This document shows positions 30,519 to 39,403 of a stretch of 64,000 nucleotides of DNA, piece by piece. Position 1 is the first letter of the stretch. Every line of letters starts with the position of its first letter. A program made the position numbers and the translations under genes. Source of the stretch: an uncultured bacterium (GTDB taxonomy: Bacteria; JAGOEH01); NCBI GenBank assembly GCA_964632485.1, contig CAZWDO010000004.1, positions 62,001-126,000 on the forward strand. The letters run 5' to 3'. The notes under the pieces are model-generated. The model saw nothing but the letters and a program-made list of their open reading frames with translations. It made no database searches and was not told where the DNA came from.

Positions 30519-31265
30519 GGTTTTATCCTCCTTAAAATGAATAACGGTCCCCTCGGCGGGATTCAGTATATGGGCCAAAGTCACCGTGATTTGATGCTGC
30601 ATGGCGAAATCGAGACCCTTGACTGAAAAAATATTCTGGCAAGTGTTGATCTCAGTCAGTTCCTGGTAATTTAAATACGGGATCACTTCATTGCTTGTTT
30701 TGTGATAGGATATAATACGCGGGATGCCTCCCCGAGAGTCAAAAATATGCAACGGAGCTTGCAGATAAGCTGCCCAAACTAATGCGGATAATTCTCCGCC
30801 AATTTGCTGATAATCGTTTACATGTTCGATAAAATTGAAATGCCGGAACTGGGGAACCATAAATACCTGCACGTCCTGGGAACAGGAGGCAAACGGATCC
30901 TGTTTTTTAAGAAACTCCAGGATGGAACTGGCATCACTGTATCCTATCTGCGCCACATCCATTACTACTTTTTCACAAACGATTTCCGCTGTTAATTTGT
31001 GTTTATCCGCTAAAAACTGAAACAGTGCCTGAGCCGTTTTTTCCTGAGCCTGGCTTAATAACCGGTTGGTCTTAAAATTTAAGTTGCCGGTAAAATTGAG
31101 TACCTTATCCGCTGTCATTTCAAACAGAGATCGAATTGGCGGTAAAATTACTACCAACCGTCGGTAATCATACGACAATTTAACTGCAGCATGCACAACA
31201 TCCCTCAAGCGATGGACTTCGTCCATTACTGCCGGACGCAAATAGAATACCATCAAATCGTTCAT
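30045..31265 (-). CDS. Aspartokinase-like protein with degenerate kinase domain and two ACT domains
   Basis: 406 aa, colinear with LysC; ACT2 GLGMTNTPGVAANVF...TTSEIKIS conserved; KFGGTS, TLGRGGSD and TDVDG motifs absent. Confidence 0.8.
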   Translation of the reverse strand: MNDLMVFYLRPAVMDEVHRLRDVVHAAVKLSYDYRRLVVILPPIRSLFEMTADKVLNFTGNLNFKTNRLLSQAQEKTAQALFQFLADKHKLTAEIVCEKVVMDVAQIGYSDASSILEFLKKQDPFASCSQDVQVFMVPQFRHFNFIEHVNDYQQIGGELSALVWAAYLQAPLHIFDSRGGIPRIISYHKTSNEVIPYLNYQELTEINTCQNIFSVKGLDFAMQHQITVTLAHILNPAEGTVIHFKEDKTMPPKDITNINTDNNQVQIIWEKLPLDQQVLAKIFSEFARNKINIDMISYFPVHQHLFNCSFTIPLESQDRVEELISQMKGEYSESEVTFIEEVTKINLIGLGMTNTPGVAANVFTVLEEAGIPLRMVTTSEIKISLLIHSQFEERSVNLLRRHFNLL

Positions 31266-31281
31266 GTGATCCCTTTCATTA

Positions 31282-32841
31282 TTATAAGGTTTTAGGAGTA
31301 ATTACAGCATACGGCAGTATCATTTCTTCCATTGATATGCCACCATGGAAAAAATTGTTGTTGTATTTTTGACTAAACTGCCCGACATTACCGGAAAACG
31401 CAAAATAATTCGAGTTGTTAGCAAAGGCATAATTGCTAAGAATCCCTTCTTTAGGCAAATAGTATTTTTCAGGATCCATTATTACCCAACCGTGCTTATT
31501 GTTGATCGATAAATAGTTACCGATTTTAAACCGAAGCGCATAGGAAATTTTGCTATCGCCCTTGATGACTGTGGGCTTATTGCAACGGATAGAACCATGA
31601 TCGGTCGTGATGATGACAACCGCTTTCTCATCCTGTGCGATATGCTGAAGCATCCGGTGAATCCAGGAATTTTCAAACCAGGTCCGGGCTAAATCCCGAA
31701 ATGAAGATTCATCCAGGACAATCTCCTGCAACAATTTATTGCCGGTGCGGTTATGAATGATAATATCAAGGAAATTGAAGACAAAGACAATCAAATCCAA
31801 ATTTTTCATATTTCCCATTTTCTTATAAACCTCTTCAGCCCAACCAGCATCCAGGATTTTTGTAAAATAAGGCCGGTAATTCAGTTTAATCCTGTGCTCC
31901 TGCAACAAGTCAAGCATCAGATCATATTCATTGTCATTTTTTCCTGTTTCCGTTTCTCCAAACCAGGGAATCAGTTTAGGGTATTTTTGATGCAGGATCA
32001 GTGGCAGTTTTCCACTAAAAATAGAATTGCGGGCATAGGGGGTAGCTGTCGGTAATATAGAGTAATAGTATTGGGTTTCAATATTAAAACTATTTTCCAG
32101 AATCTGGGACATGAATAACCATTGATCGAGACGCATGCAATCTAGCAATAATAAGTAAACCCTTTCACCGTTTTTTAGCCGCGGGAAAACTACTTTCGGC
32201 AATAATTGATGTGAAAAAAAAGGGTCTTGTGGACTCAGTAAAAGTTTATCATAATTCCCTTGAATAAAATGAGCAAACTCAAGATTGGCTTCCTCCTTCA
32301 ACAGATTCCAAATCTCATAAATGTCATCTCCAATCCCTTTGTCATATAAAAGATCGATCTTGACCAACTCCAGATAAAGCTGAATCCATTGCTGAGCAGT
32401 ACTGGCAGTACGGATTAAATCGCGAATACGGGAAAAATCCTGCTGAAGATTCGCCAATGATTTCTGCTGTTTCAAGTCACGTGATTCAAATATTTTTTTC
32501 AGCGCCGAAAGTATCTGGCTGGGATTCACCGGCTTGGTTAAGAAATCCCTGACATTGTATGAAAGGGCGATATCCATCATTTTTTCATCTTCGTTCTTGG
32601 TGATCATAATAACCGGGGTATTGAAACTGATCGTGCGAATACGGGATAATGTCTCAATTCCATCGATTCCGATCATCATTTCGTCTAGTAAGACCAGATC
32701 AAACTTCTGCTTCTGAAAAAAAGTAATCGCATCATTACCATTAGTACAGGGAGTAACCTCGTAGCCTTTTTCCTGTAAAAATTCGATATGCGCGCGAAAA
32801 AAATGTATCTCATCATCCACCCATAAAATCCGTCTGGCCAT
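31282..32841 (-). CDS. PorX-like response regulator with C-terminal PglZ (alkaline-phosphatase-like) domain
   Basis: ILWVDDE...LLDEMM receiver; LDCMRLDQW, ILPTATPYARNSIFSG, TTDHGS, HGGISMEEM. Confidence 0.9.
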   Translation of the reverse strand: MARRILWVDDEIHFFRAHIEFLQEKGYEVTPCTNGNDAITFFQKQKFDLVLLDEMMIGIDGIETLSRIRTISFNTPVIMITKNEDEKMMDIALSYNVRDFLTKPVNPSQILSALKKIFESRDLKQQKSLANLQQDFSRIRDLIRTASTAQQWIQLYLELVKIDLLYDKGIGDDIYEIWNLLKEEANLEFAHFIQGNYDKLLLSPQDPFFSHQLLPKVVFPRLKNGERVYLLLLDCMRLDQWLFMSQILENSFNIETQYYYSILPTATPYARNSIFSGKLPLILHQKYPKLIPWFGETETGKNDNEYDLMLDLLQEHRIKLNYRPYFTKILDAGWAEEVYKKMGNMKNLDLIVFVFNFLDIIIHNRTGNKLLQEIVLDESSFRDLARTWFENSWIHRMLQHIAQDEKAVVIITTDHGSIRCNKPTVIKGDSKISYALRFKIGNYLSINNKHGWVIMDPEKYYLPKEGILSNYAFANNSNYFAFSGNVGQFSQKYNNNFFHGGISMEEMILPYAVITPKTL

Positions 32842-32882
32842 TATGAAACTCCTTTGTTATTACTAAATTGCTCTTTTATACT

Positions 32883-32911
32883 ATAATAGTAAAAAAAAAA
32901 ATCTTTGTCAA
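32883..32911 (-). promoter_or_regulatory. Sigma70-type promoter for the porX-like run
   Basis: TTGACA-17-TATTAT on the minus strand. Confidence 0.65.
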
Positions 32912-33231
32912 TCGCTTTTTTATGGACGGCAGAGGAAATCAACACCCGACGACAAAATCACGATCACAGCCTAACCCCATCACCACGACTGGGACGAACC
33001 TAATCCGCTGTTTGTATCTTTCCCAACAGCTTCAGGCCGCATGCAACCGCCGTTTTGAACGTCAATTCATCATCCTAAAAACTAACAAAGATGCTGTTGC
33101 TCATAAATTGACCATTTTTGCCTGATTAAAATGGAATTTTTTGCCGGTTCTCCCCACCTCCAAAATGGCAGATATCAATAAACCCATGCTATTTCAATAA
33201 GTTATAATCAATCAATCCATTCTTACTTTCC

Positions 33232-33247
33232 TGGCATGAGTCGTGCT
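33232..33247 (+). promoter_or_regulatory. Sigma54-type -24/-12 promoter for the NlpC/P60 gene
   Basis: TGGCATGAGTCGTGCT (GG-N10-GC); IHF-like TTCAATAAGTTA upstream. Confidence 0.55.
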
Positions 33248-33296
33248 TCATACTAACCTGGGAATACATGTGAACAGTTTAAAAGGAGAGAGATGT

Positions 33297-33857
33297 ATGC
33301 GCTGGAGACAGATGGTATCATTCGGTTTTTTTGGAGTATTAATCTTTACGAATTGGGGCTGCGGTGTAACGACACTACCACGCTATACCAACCGGACGGG
33401 AGAAACTTTCAAATCTCCCCAATCTCAGTCGGTGAAAAATTCGACTGCGAAGTCTGGGGAAACTGGTGGGATTACCAAACGCTGGGAGCTCTATAGCATT
33501 GTTAAGGATCTGATTTACACACCCTATGTATGGGGAGGGACAAAACCACTGAGAGGTATGGATTGTTCGGGTTTAACATATTACGCCTTTAAAGAAAAAT
33601 TGGGGTATGAAATCCCGCGGACTGCCCGAGATCAATATCGGCAAGGGCAACCCATCAATCCTCAGGATATCCAGTTCGGGGACCTGGTTTTTTTTAGTAA
33701 TACCCCTAAAGGACAAAAAATAACACATGTTGGCATATACGTCAACAACCAGCGCTTCCTTCACGCCAGTAGTTCCCGCGGCGTAATCGTCAGCCGGTTG
33801 AACACTCCCTACTGGGAAAAGCGCGTTGTCGGCTTTCGGCGGTATCTAACCAACTAA
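33297..33857 (+). CDS. NlpC/P60 (C40) cell-wall peptidase, probable lipoprotein
   Basis: PYVWGG..GMDCSGL, GDLVFF, HVGIY, FLHASS; lipobox-like WGC; ATG at 33297 after AAGGAG. Confidence 0.92.
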   Translation: MRWRQMVSFGFFGVLIFTNWGCGVTTLPRYTNRTGETFKSPQSQSVKNSTAKSGETGGITKRWELYSIVKDLIYTPYVWGGTKPLRGMDCSGLTYYAFKEKLGYEIPRTARDQYRQGQPINPQDIQFGDLVFFSNTPKGQKITHVGIYVNNQRFLHASSSRGVIVSRLNTPYWEKRVVGFRRYLTN

Positions 33858-34051
33858 GCCCGAATATCGATTTGACTTCCTATAGCGAATTGCTCTCCGG
33901 CTTTGTTAACCGCTCGTTCCTGCTGTTGATTGAAGATTTTCTGGTTTTGCTGATTTTGATTAAGCTCAAGCGGAGATGACTGACGGGGAGGCTGATATTT
34001 TTGCAGTCGATCAACCATCAGCGATCGATCAACGGAACCAATGCCTTTCAT
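33854..34051 (-). CDS. Small Gln-rich protein ending GSQIDIRA
   Basis: AAGGA before ATG; C-terminal GxxIDIxA motif. Confidence 0.6.
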   Translation of the reverse strand: MKGIGSVDRSLMVDRLQKYQPPRQSSPLELNQNQQNQKIFNQQQERAVNKAGEQFAIGSQIDIRA

Positions 34052-34066
34052 ATTTTCCTTCTTATG

Positions 34067-34426
34067 TTAACTATTAATATCGATTGTGCGTCCCAATCCG
34101 TTGGATTTTTCCGTGCCCGCGCTATAACCGGCATTTTGAAACGATTGCATTTGTAACGATATCTTTTGCGATACTAATTGTTTAATCAGATTGTCAATAT
34201 CCTGAATCATATCCACTAACTGGATTCGGTCATTCTTCAAATTCGCTGTGTATGTTACGTTTTTGTATAATTGTCTTTGAACGGCAATGGATTGCTTTTG
34301 TGATTGAGTTGTCGTTTCAATTGGTTTAGAGCCAATATTGCCCTTTATATACTTTTCTACACGATCAAAAGTTTTTTTGATTCCGACGACCTCTAAGGAG
34401 CGGGCCGGATAACTCTCTATTAACAT
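34067..34426 (-). CDS. Hypothetical protein ending GRTIDINS
   Basis: ATG at 34426 after GAGGG, just downstream of a sigma70 promoter; coiled-coil-like middle. Confidence 0.6.
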   Translation of the reverse strand: MLIESYPARSLEVVGIKKTFDRVEKYIKGNIGSKPIETTTQSQKQSIAVQRQLYKNVTYTANLKNDRIQLVDMIQDIDNLIKQLVSQKISLQMQSFQNAGYSAGTEKSNGLGRTIDINS

Positions 34427-34442
34427 ATTATCCCTCAGTAGA

Positions 34443-34471
34443 AGTATAACCGAAAAAAGAAAAAATGTCAA
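34443..34471 (-). promoter_or_regulatory. Sigma70-type promoter
   Basis: TTGACA-17-TATACT on the minus strand. Confidence 0.65.
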
Positions 34472-34521
34472 GAATTTTATTTTTTTATTTTTTTTTTATT
34501 ATAAAATAGCTACTCTCATAT

Positions 34522-35700
34522 TCAGGATTTCAATGCAGGAGGAATCTCAAGGAGGCGTTTCAATAACATAGTGGCATAGCAACCGCGGGGAAGCTCAAAA
34601 CTGAGACACAGCTTTTCATATCCCTCATATATTTCATCAGCGGAAGAGGAAACATTTAATTCTCCGGGGATAACCGTTCCCTTTCGTAAAAATGAGGAGA
34701 AAAAAGCCTTTCGATACTTGATTTGATTAAACATAGGATGAATCAATCCATCCTTTTCCATAATATTACGATAAATATCCCCTATTCTCGGCGATAGCGG
34801 TTCCATTTGCGCAGCAATTGTAGGAATGTGAAGCTCATGCCAAAATAACCAATCCTTTTTTGGAATTCGGCGAAAAAAAATGTACGATCCTGCTTTTCCC
34901 TTCGTAGAAAAAGAAGCATTAAAATCCGAATTTTCAATCACTGCGGCCAGGACACTGTTCCACAAGTAGCTTTGATAAGCAGCGATCATTAGTGAGGCTT
35001 CTTCGCGGGGCAATTGAAAGAGGACGCTCAAAAAATCAAAGGGTTGACGTAGGAGGTGATCAAATGCTTTTTTTTCAAAAGGTGTTACCGCCATTTCTCT
35101 GCATTCTTCCCACATGCGCCAATGATCGAAGAAATAGCGCTTTCTTTGTTTTTCTGACGATTTATCTTCCGGATGGATCGATGTTAAAAGAATTTTTACC
35201 GCTCCATTGAATTGTCGTTTCAGCACTTTTTCCGCCCAGAACCCCTGCAGTCTGTCAAAACTGCCAAATCGTTGATCATCAAAGTAATTAGGAAAACCAA
35301 AAATACGTACTAACTCCGCTTCACGAATAGCTTGAAGCGCTACTTCAGGAGTGAGGCGCCGCACTACTACCTGGAATCGATTCCCAGTAATCCGTTTCGG
35401 TCCCATCGGTTCACTGCTTCTGCCCAAATAATTCAGAGTGATGTTGTCATGGGTAATCTGATGGGGATGCGGAGACCGAATCGTGATGTATTGCCGGGTA
35501 ATTCCGTACCGATCCTTTTTCCCGCCATACGCAATATGATGAGAACTGACCTTAAGTTCCCGGCAAAGCCAGCGGATTGCATCGAGTGTATTCCAGCATT
35601 TTTTTTCCAGGCAATAAACCGCCCACTCGCCGCTTTTGCCGATCGGGAGGTCTGTCAGCTCATCAACTAAAAAATCCTCCGGTTTCACTTTGATTTTCAT
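34522..35700 (-). CDS. truD: tRNA pseudouridine(13) synthase
   Basis: KVKPEDFLVDE, GGKKDRYGITRQ, GNRFQVV, FPNYFDDQRFG, FELPRGCYATMLL. Confidence 0.93.
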   Translation of the reverse strand: MKIKVKPEDFLVDELTDLPIGKSGEWAVYCLEKKCWNTLDAIRWLCRELKVSSHHIAYGGKKDRYGITRQYITIRSPHPHQITHDNITLNYLGRSSEPMGPKRITGNRFQVVVRRLTPEVALQAIREAELVRIFGFPNYFDDQRFGSFDRLQGFWAEKVLKRQFNGAVKILLTSIHPEDKSSEKQRKRYFFDHWRMWEECREMAVTPFEKKAFDHLLRQPFDFLSVLFQLPREEASLMIAAYQSYLWNSVLAAVIENSDFNASFSTKGKAGSYIFFRRIPKKDWLFWHELHIPTIAAQMEPLSPRIGDIYRNIMEKDGLIHPMFNQIKYRKAFFSSFLRKGTVIPGELNVSSSADEIYEGYEKLCLSFELPRGCYATMLLKRLLEIPPALKS

Positions 35701-36593
35701 AACGTCCCTTCTATTTCAATCGGACCTGGTAGGGAGGGAGGCGCAAAAAATATTGCAAAAATTGTACCCATCGTCACTAAAATGGCGGCAAAGTAAAAAT
35801 TGGTATCGGGTATTTCATTCAGAAATAGAAAACCCATGACACCAGCAAAGATAAACTGGGTTTGATTTGCCAGTGAAACCAATTGGCCCCGCAATTGATG
35901 CATGGCATGGTTGATAATTGAATGGCCAATAATGGTTGGCGCCAGCACCATACCGATCAAAGACCCCAGGGATAATGCGTCGGGAATCTCAAATGAACTC
36001 CCGCCGGCCAGAGCAATCAGCAAAGAAATCAACCCGGCCATCATATAGACCGGCACAAGATAACTAATTAAAGAATAACGGCTTAAATATTTTTTCCCTG
36101 AGGTTAGATACATTGCCAGGAATAATAACGAAACCAGACAAATCAGATCCCCCCAAAAAGAACCAACATTCAGACGCATGTCTTGATAGGCCATCCAGCC
36201 GATTCCGATTAAACCCAACAACGTACCGAAGAGTTCCCATCGGTTGATGAGCTCATTCGCAAAGAAAAAAAGAAAAAATGGCATAACTATCGGTAGTAGA
36301 TTGACAATAACAGTTGCATTGGCGGAATAGGTCAGTTTTGCGCCGGCCGTCCATGTAATTAGATGCAATGAGAGAGCTAACGCGGGTATCTGTAAATTGA
36401 GAAGATCCCGCCATCGATAGCGAATATTTTTCTTGTGGATCTCTATAATCCAAACCGGCAGCATCACAATAGCCGCTAAAACCAGGCGCAGACCAGCAAT
36501 TACAACCGCATCCATATTACAAGTTTTAATAAATATCACTGAGGAAGAAGCGGCGAAACAGCCGATCAGCAGAACTAAAATTTTTTTAATCAT
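35697..36593 (-). CDS. DMT/EamA family transporter
   Basis: About 10 TM helices in two EamA-like halves. Confidence 0.88.
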   Translation of the reverse strand: MIKKILVLLIGCFAASSSVIFIKTCNMDAVVIAGLRLVLAAIVMLPVWIIEIHKKNIRYRWRDLLNLQIPALALSLHLITWTAGAKLTYSANATVIVNLLPIVMPFFLFFFANELINRWELFGTLLGLIGIGWMAYQDMRLNVGSFWGDLICLVSLLFLAMYLTSGKKYLSRYSLISYLVPVYMMAGLISLLIALAGGSSFEIPDALSLGSLIGMVLAPTIIGHSIINHAMHQLRGQLVSLANQTQFIFAGVMGFLFLNEIPDTNFYFAAILVTMGTIFAIFFAPPSLPGPIEIEGTL

Positions 36594-36604
36594 CGGATTG
36601 CCCT

Positions 36605-36640
36605 AAAAAAAAAGCTCCCTGCAGAAACAGGGAGCCTTTT
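36605..36640 (-). terminator. Intrinsic terminator of groEL
   Basis: GCTCCCTG-6 nt-CAGGGAGC stem followed by a T9 run on the minus strand. Confidence 0.85.
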
Positions 36641-36657
36641 ATCATTTTGAGAGAATA

Positions 36658-38283
36658 TTAATACATTCCGCCGCCGCCGTAGGGATTCGGCGCGGGAGCG
36701 GCTTCTTTTTCTTCTTTTTTCTCTGCGATCAAACATTCGGTGGTCAGCATCAAACCGGAGATACTTCCGGAATTTTCCAAAGCGATACGAGTCACTTTAG
36801 TCGGATCAATAACACCAGCTTTTACCAGGTCCTGATATTCACCAGTGGCGGCATTAAAACCATAATTGCCTTCTTTTGTAAGAACTTCCTGGACAACCAC
36901 GGAGCCTTCGAAACCTGCATTATTGGCGATTTGACGAAGCGGTTCTTCCAGCGCGCGGTATAGGATACTCACTCCAATCGCTTCATCACCTTCCAATTTC
37001 AAATCTTTCAGTGATTTACGGGCGCGTAACAGAGCAATTCCACCACCAGGGACGATTCCTTCTTCAACTGCGGCGCGGGTAGCATGCAAGGCATCTTCCA
37101 CACGGGCTTTCTTTTCTTTCATTTCCGTTTCAGTTGCCGCGCCGATTTTGATAACAGCAACGCCACCAACAAGTTTGGCTAAACGCTCCTGCAGTTTTTC
37201 ACGATCATAATCGGAAGTGGTGTTTTCAATTTCATTGCGAATCTGCTGGACACGGCCTTTAATTTTATCTTCCGTCCCAGAACCCTCGACGATCGTCGTG
37301 TTTTCTTTATCGACGGTAATGCGTTTTGCGCGTCCAAGATCAGCCATTGTAGTGCTTTCGAGCTTGAAACCCAGCTCTTCACTAATCACTTTGCCGCCGG
37401 TCAAAATTGCAATATCTTCCAACATAGCTTTGCGTCGGTCGCCAAATCCAGGAGCCTTTACTGCGCATACTTTAAGCGTACCACGTAAACGGTTCACTAC
37501 CAGAGTGGCCAGCGCTTCGCCTTCTAAATCTTCAGCAATGATTAAAAACGGCTTGCCCGATTGAGCGGCTTTTTCCAGAATCGGTAAAAGGTCTTTCATA
37601 ACACTAATTTTTTTATCATGAATCAGAATATAAGCGTCTTCTAAAATCGCTTCCATCGTCTCCGAATTAGTCACAAAATAGGGAGAAAGATAACCACGAT
37701 CAAACTGCATTCCTTCCACAACATCCAGGCTGGTTTCCATGGATTTGGATTCTTCAACAGTAATAACACCGTCTTTTCCAACTTTTTCCATCGCTTCGGC
37801 GATCAATTTCCCGATCGAAGGATCATTATTAGCAGAAATTGAACCTACCTGAGCAATTTCATTCTGGTCAGCAATTTCACGGGATTGCTTCTTCAGATCC
37901 GCTACTATTTTTTCTACACCCTTGTCAATACCACGTTTTAAAGCCATCGGATTGGCCCCGGAAGTGACATTTTTCAAACCTTCGCGAAAAATTGCCTGGG
38001 CTAAAACGGTCGCCGTCGTAGTACCATCGCCAGCTATATCGCTGGTCTTTGAGGCCACTTCTTTAACCATCTGAGCGCCCATGTTTTCAAGCGGATCCTC
38101 CAACTCGATTTCCTTGGCTACCGTTACGCCATCCTTAGTCACGGTCGGAGATCCAAACTTCTTATCAATCACTACATTGCGGCCGCGAGGTCCTAAGGTT
38201 ACCTTAACTGCTTCCGCTAAAATATCCACACCTTTTTTGAGCTTATCACGGCCTGGCACGCCAAATTCTAAAATCTTAGACAT
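36658..38283 (-). CDS. groL: Chaperonin GroEL
   Basis: [40 protein letters not shown] tail. Confidence 0.99.
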   Translation of the reverse strand: MSKILEFGVPGRDKLKKGVDILAEAVKVTLGPRGRNVVIDKKFGSPTVTKDGVTVAKEIELEDPLENMGAQMVKEVASKTSDIAGDGTTTATVLAQAIFREGLKNVTSGANPMALKRGIDKGVEKIVADLKKQSREIADQNEIAQVGSISANNDPSIGKLIAEAMEKVGKDGVITVEESKSMETSLDVVEGMQFDRGYLSPYFVTNSETMEAILEDAYILIHDKKISVMKDLLPILEKAAQSGKPFLIIAEDLEGEALATLVVNRLRGTLKVCAVKAPGFGDRRKAMLEDIAILTGGKVISEELGFKLESTTMADLGRAKRITVDKENTTIVEGSGTEDKIKGRVQQIRNEIENTTSDYDREKLQERLAKLVGGVAVIKIGAATETEMKEKKARVEDALHATRAAVEEGIVPGGGIALLRARKSLKDLKLEGDEAIGVSILYRALEEPLRQIANNAGFEGSVVVQEVLTKEGNYGFNAATGEYQDLVKAGVIDPTKVTRIALENSGSISGLMLTTECLIAEKKEEKEAAPAPNPYGGGGMY

Positions 38284-38300
38284 GTTTCTTACTCCTTTCC

Positions 38301-38588
38301 TTATTCAATAATCGCCAGAATATCAGAATCTTTCATAATCAAAAAATCGTCATTATCGATCTTGACTTCGGTACCGGAATACTTTCCGTATAAGACTTGA
38401 TTTCCTTGTTTCACATCCATCGGGATCAGCTCGCCTTTATCATTGCGTTTGCCGGTTCCAACTTCAATAACTTCACCACGCATCGGTTTTTCTTTGGCGG
38501 TATCCGGAATCACAATACTACCAATCTTTTTAATTTCTTCTTCGATCGGTTTGATTAATACTCGGTCGCCTAACGGTTTGACTTTCAT
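38301..38588 (-). CDS. groS: Co-chaperonin GroES
   Basis: KPLGDRVLI...IPDTAKEKP...GKYSGTEVK. Confidence 0.99.
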   Translation of the reverse strand: MKVKPLGDRVLIKPIEEEIKKIGSIVIPDTAKEKPMRGEVIEVGTGKRNDKGELIPMDVKQGNQVLYGKYSGTEVKIDNDDFLIMKDSDILAIIE

Positions 38589-38642
38589 GTATCATCCTCC
38601 TGGTTTAGGGTTATTACCGTTTTTAAACACGCTTTATTTTTA

Positions 38643-38658
38643 TGCACTTTTCGTGCCA
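38643..38658 (-). promoter_or_regulatory. Sigma54-type -24/-12 promoter for groES-groEL
   Basis: Minus strand TGGCACGAAAAGTGCA (GG-N10-GC), 55 nt upstream of the groES ATG. Confidence 0.65.
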
Positions 38659-38846
38659 ATATTTTATCATATTATAAGATAGAGAGTTATACATATTCAT
38701 TCTATTCTATAATTGAGGATTTGCATAAATTACATTATTTTAGCCATAATGGCAATCATCAATTTTGTTATTTTTACATTTTATTTGCCATTTTTGCATT
38801 CGACTTCTTGGCTTGTTCTCAATTTTTTTTCCCCAACTTTTAATAC

Positions 38847-38875
38847 TTGATTTATTAATCTTAGCAAGTTATATT
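38847..38875 (+). promoter_or_regulatory. Sigma70-type promoter into the intergenic region
   Basis: TTGATT-17-TATATT. Confidence 0.5.
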
Positions 38876-39138
38876 GAAGTCAATAATGCGGGTCTGGTTT
38901 TTATGGTTCAGTTAACTGTTCTATAAACCCGTAAGGGGTAATAGCCTTGCCAACCCTTAAAAGCCTAGGAGAACCTATGACCCAACCACTATATTATCTG
39001 GCATTAAGTCCGCTTTGTAACATATCCCTGAACCCTCAACGGCCTTTTCTCGATTTTAAAGCTAAACCCCCTGCCTCTAAAAATAAATCACTTTCATTTA
39101 TTAATGTTATGTATAGAAAATTTAAATTTTTTAAATAC

Positions 39139-39167
39139 TTGACTTTTCTTAAATCGTTTATTATGAT
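39139..39167 (+). promoter_or_regulatory. Sigma70-type promoter upstream of the P-type ATPase
   Basis: TTGACT-17-TATGAT. Confidence 0.6.
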
Positions 39168-39403
39168 TAGAATTATGAAAAGCTTGCAGGTTATTCTGAA
39201 TACGACACACGCACTCATTGAATTAGCCTATAATTTTATAGGCGCTTATGGTTCAATTCTCAGGTAGAGAATAATTTATAGTAAAAGCGTAATTTTTGCT
39301 AAGGCAAATTTTAAAGTAGATTGAGTCGATGTATGCGTATAAAGAGTTTAAAATTTTTGCCAACGAAACTGAAAACCTATAAAACTATCCCGGAAGGACC
39401 TCA

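Noticed and set aside
32868..33125. 85-aa ORF between the porX-like and nlpC genes
   Set aside because: It overlaps the divergent promoter and poly-A tract, with no SD or motif.
34077..34104. Sigma28-like CCAA-16-ATCGATAT before the 65-aa ORF
   Set aside because: The -10-like octamer is just the I-D-I codons of the upstream gene and the -35 match is poor.
38590..38850. CIRCE element upstream of groES
   Set aside because: No TTAGCACTC-N9-GAGTGCTAA inverted repeat seen.
38936..38985. Fluoride riboswitch-like GGTAAT...TTGCC stem
   Set aside because: The pseudoknot partner and conserved downstream nucleotides are missing.
38947..39267. 106-aa ORF (ATG at 38977 preceded by AGGAG)
   Set aside because: It runs through an AT-rich promoter and predicted RNA stems and has no recognisable domain; not excluded, but not supportable.
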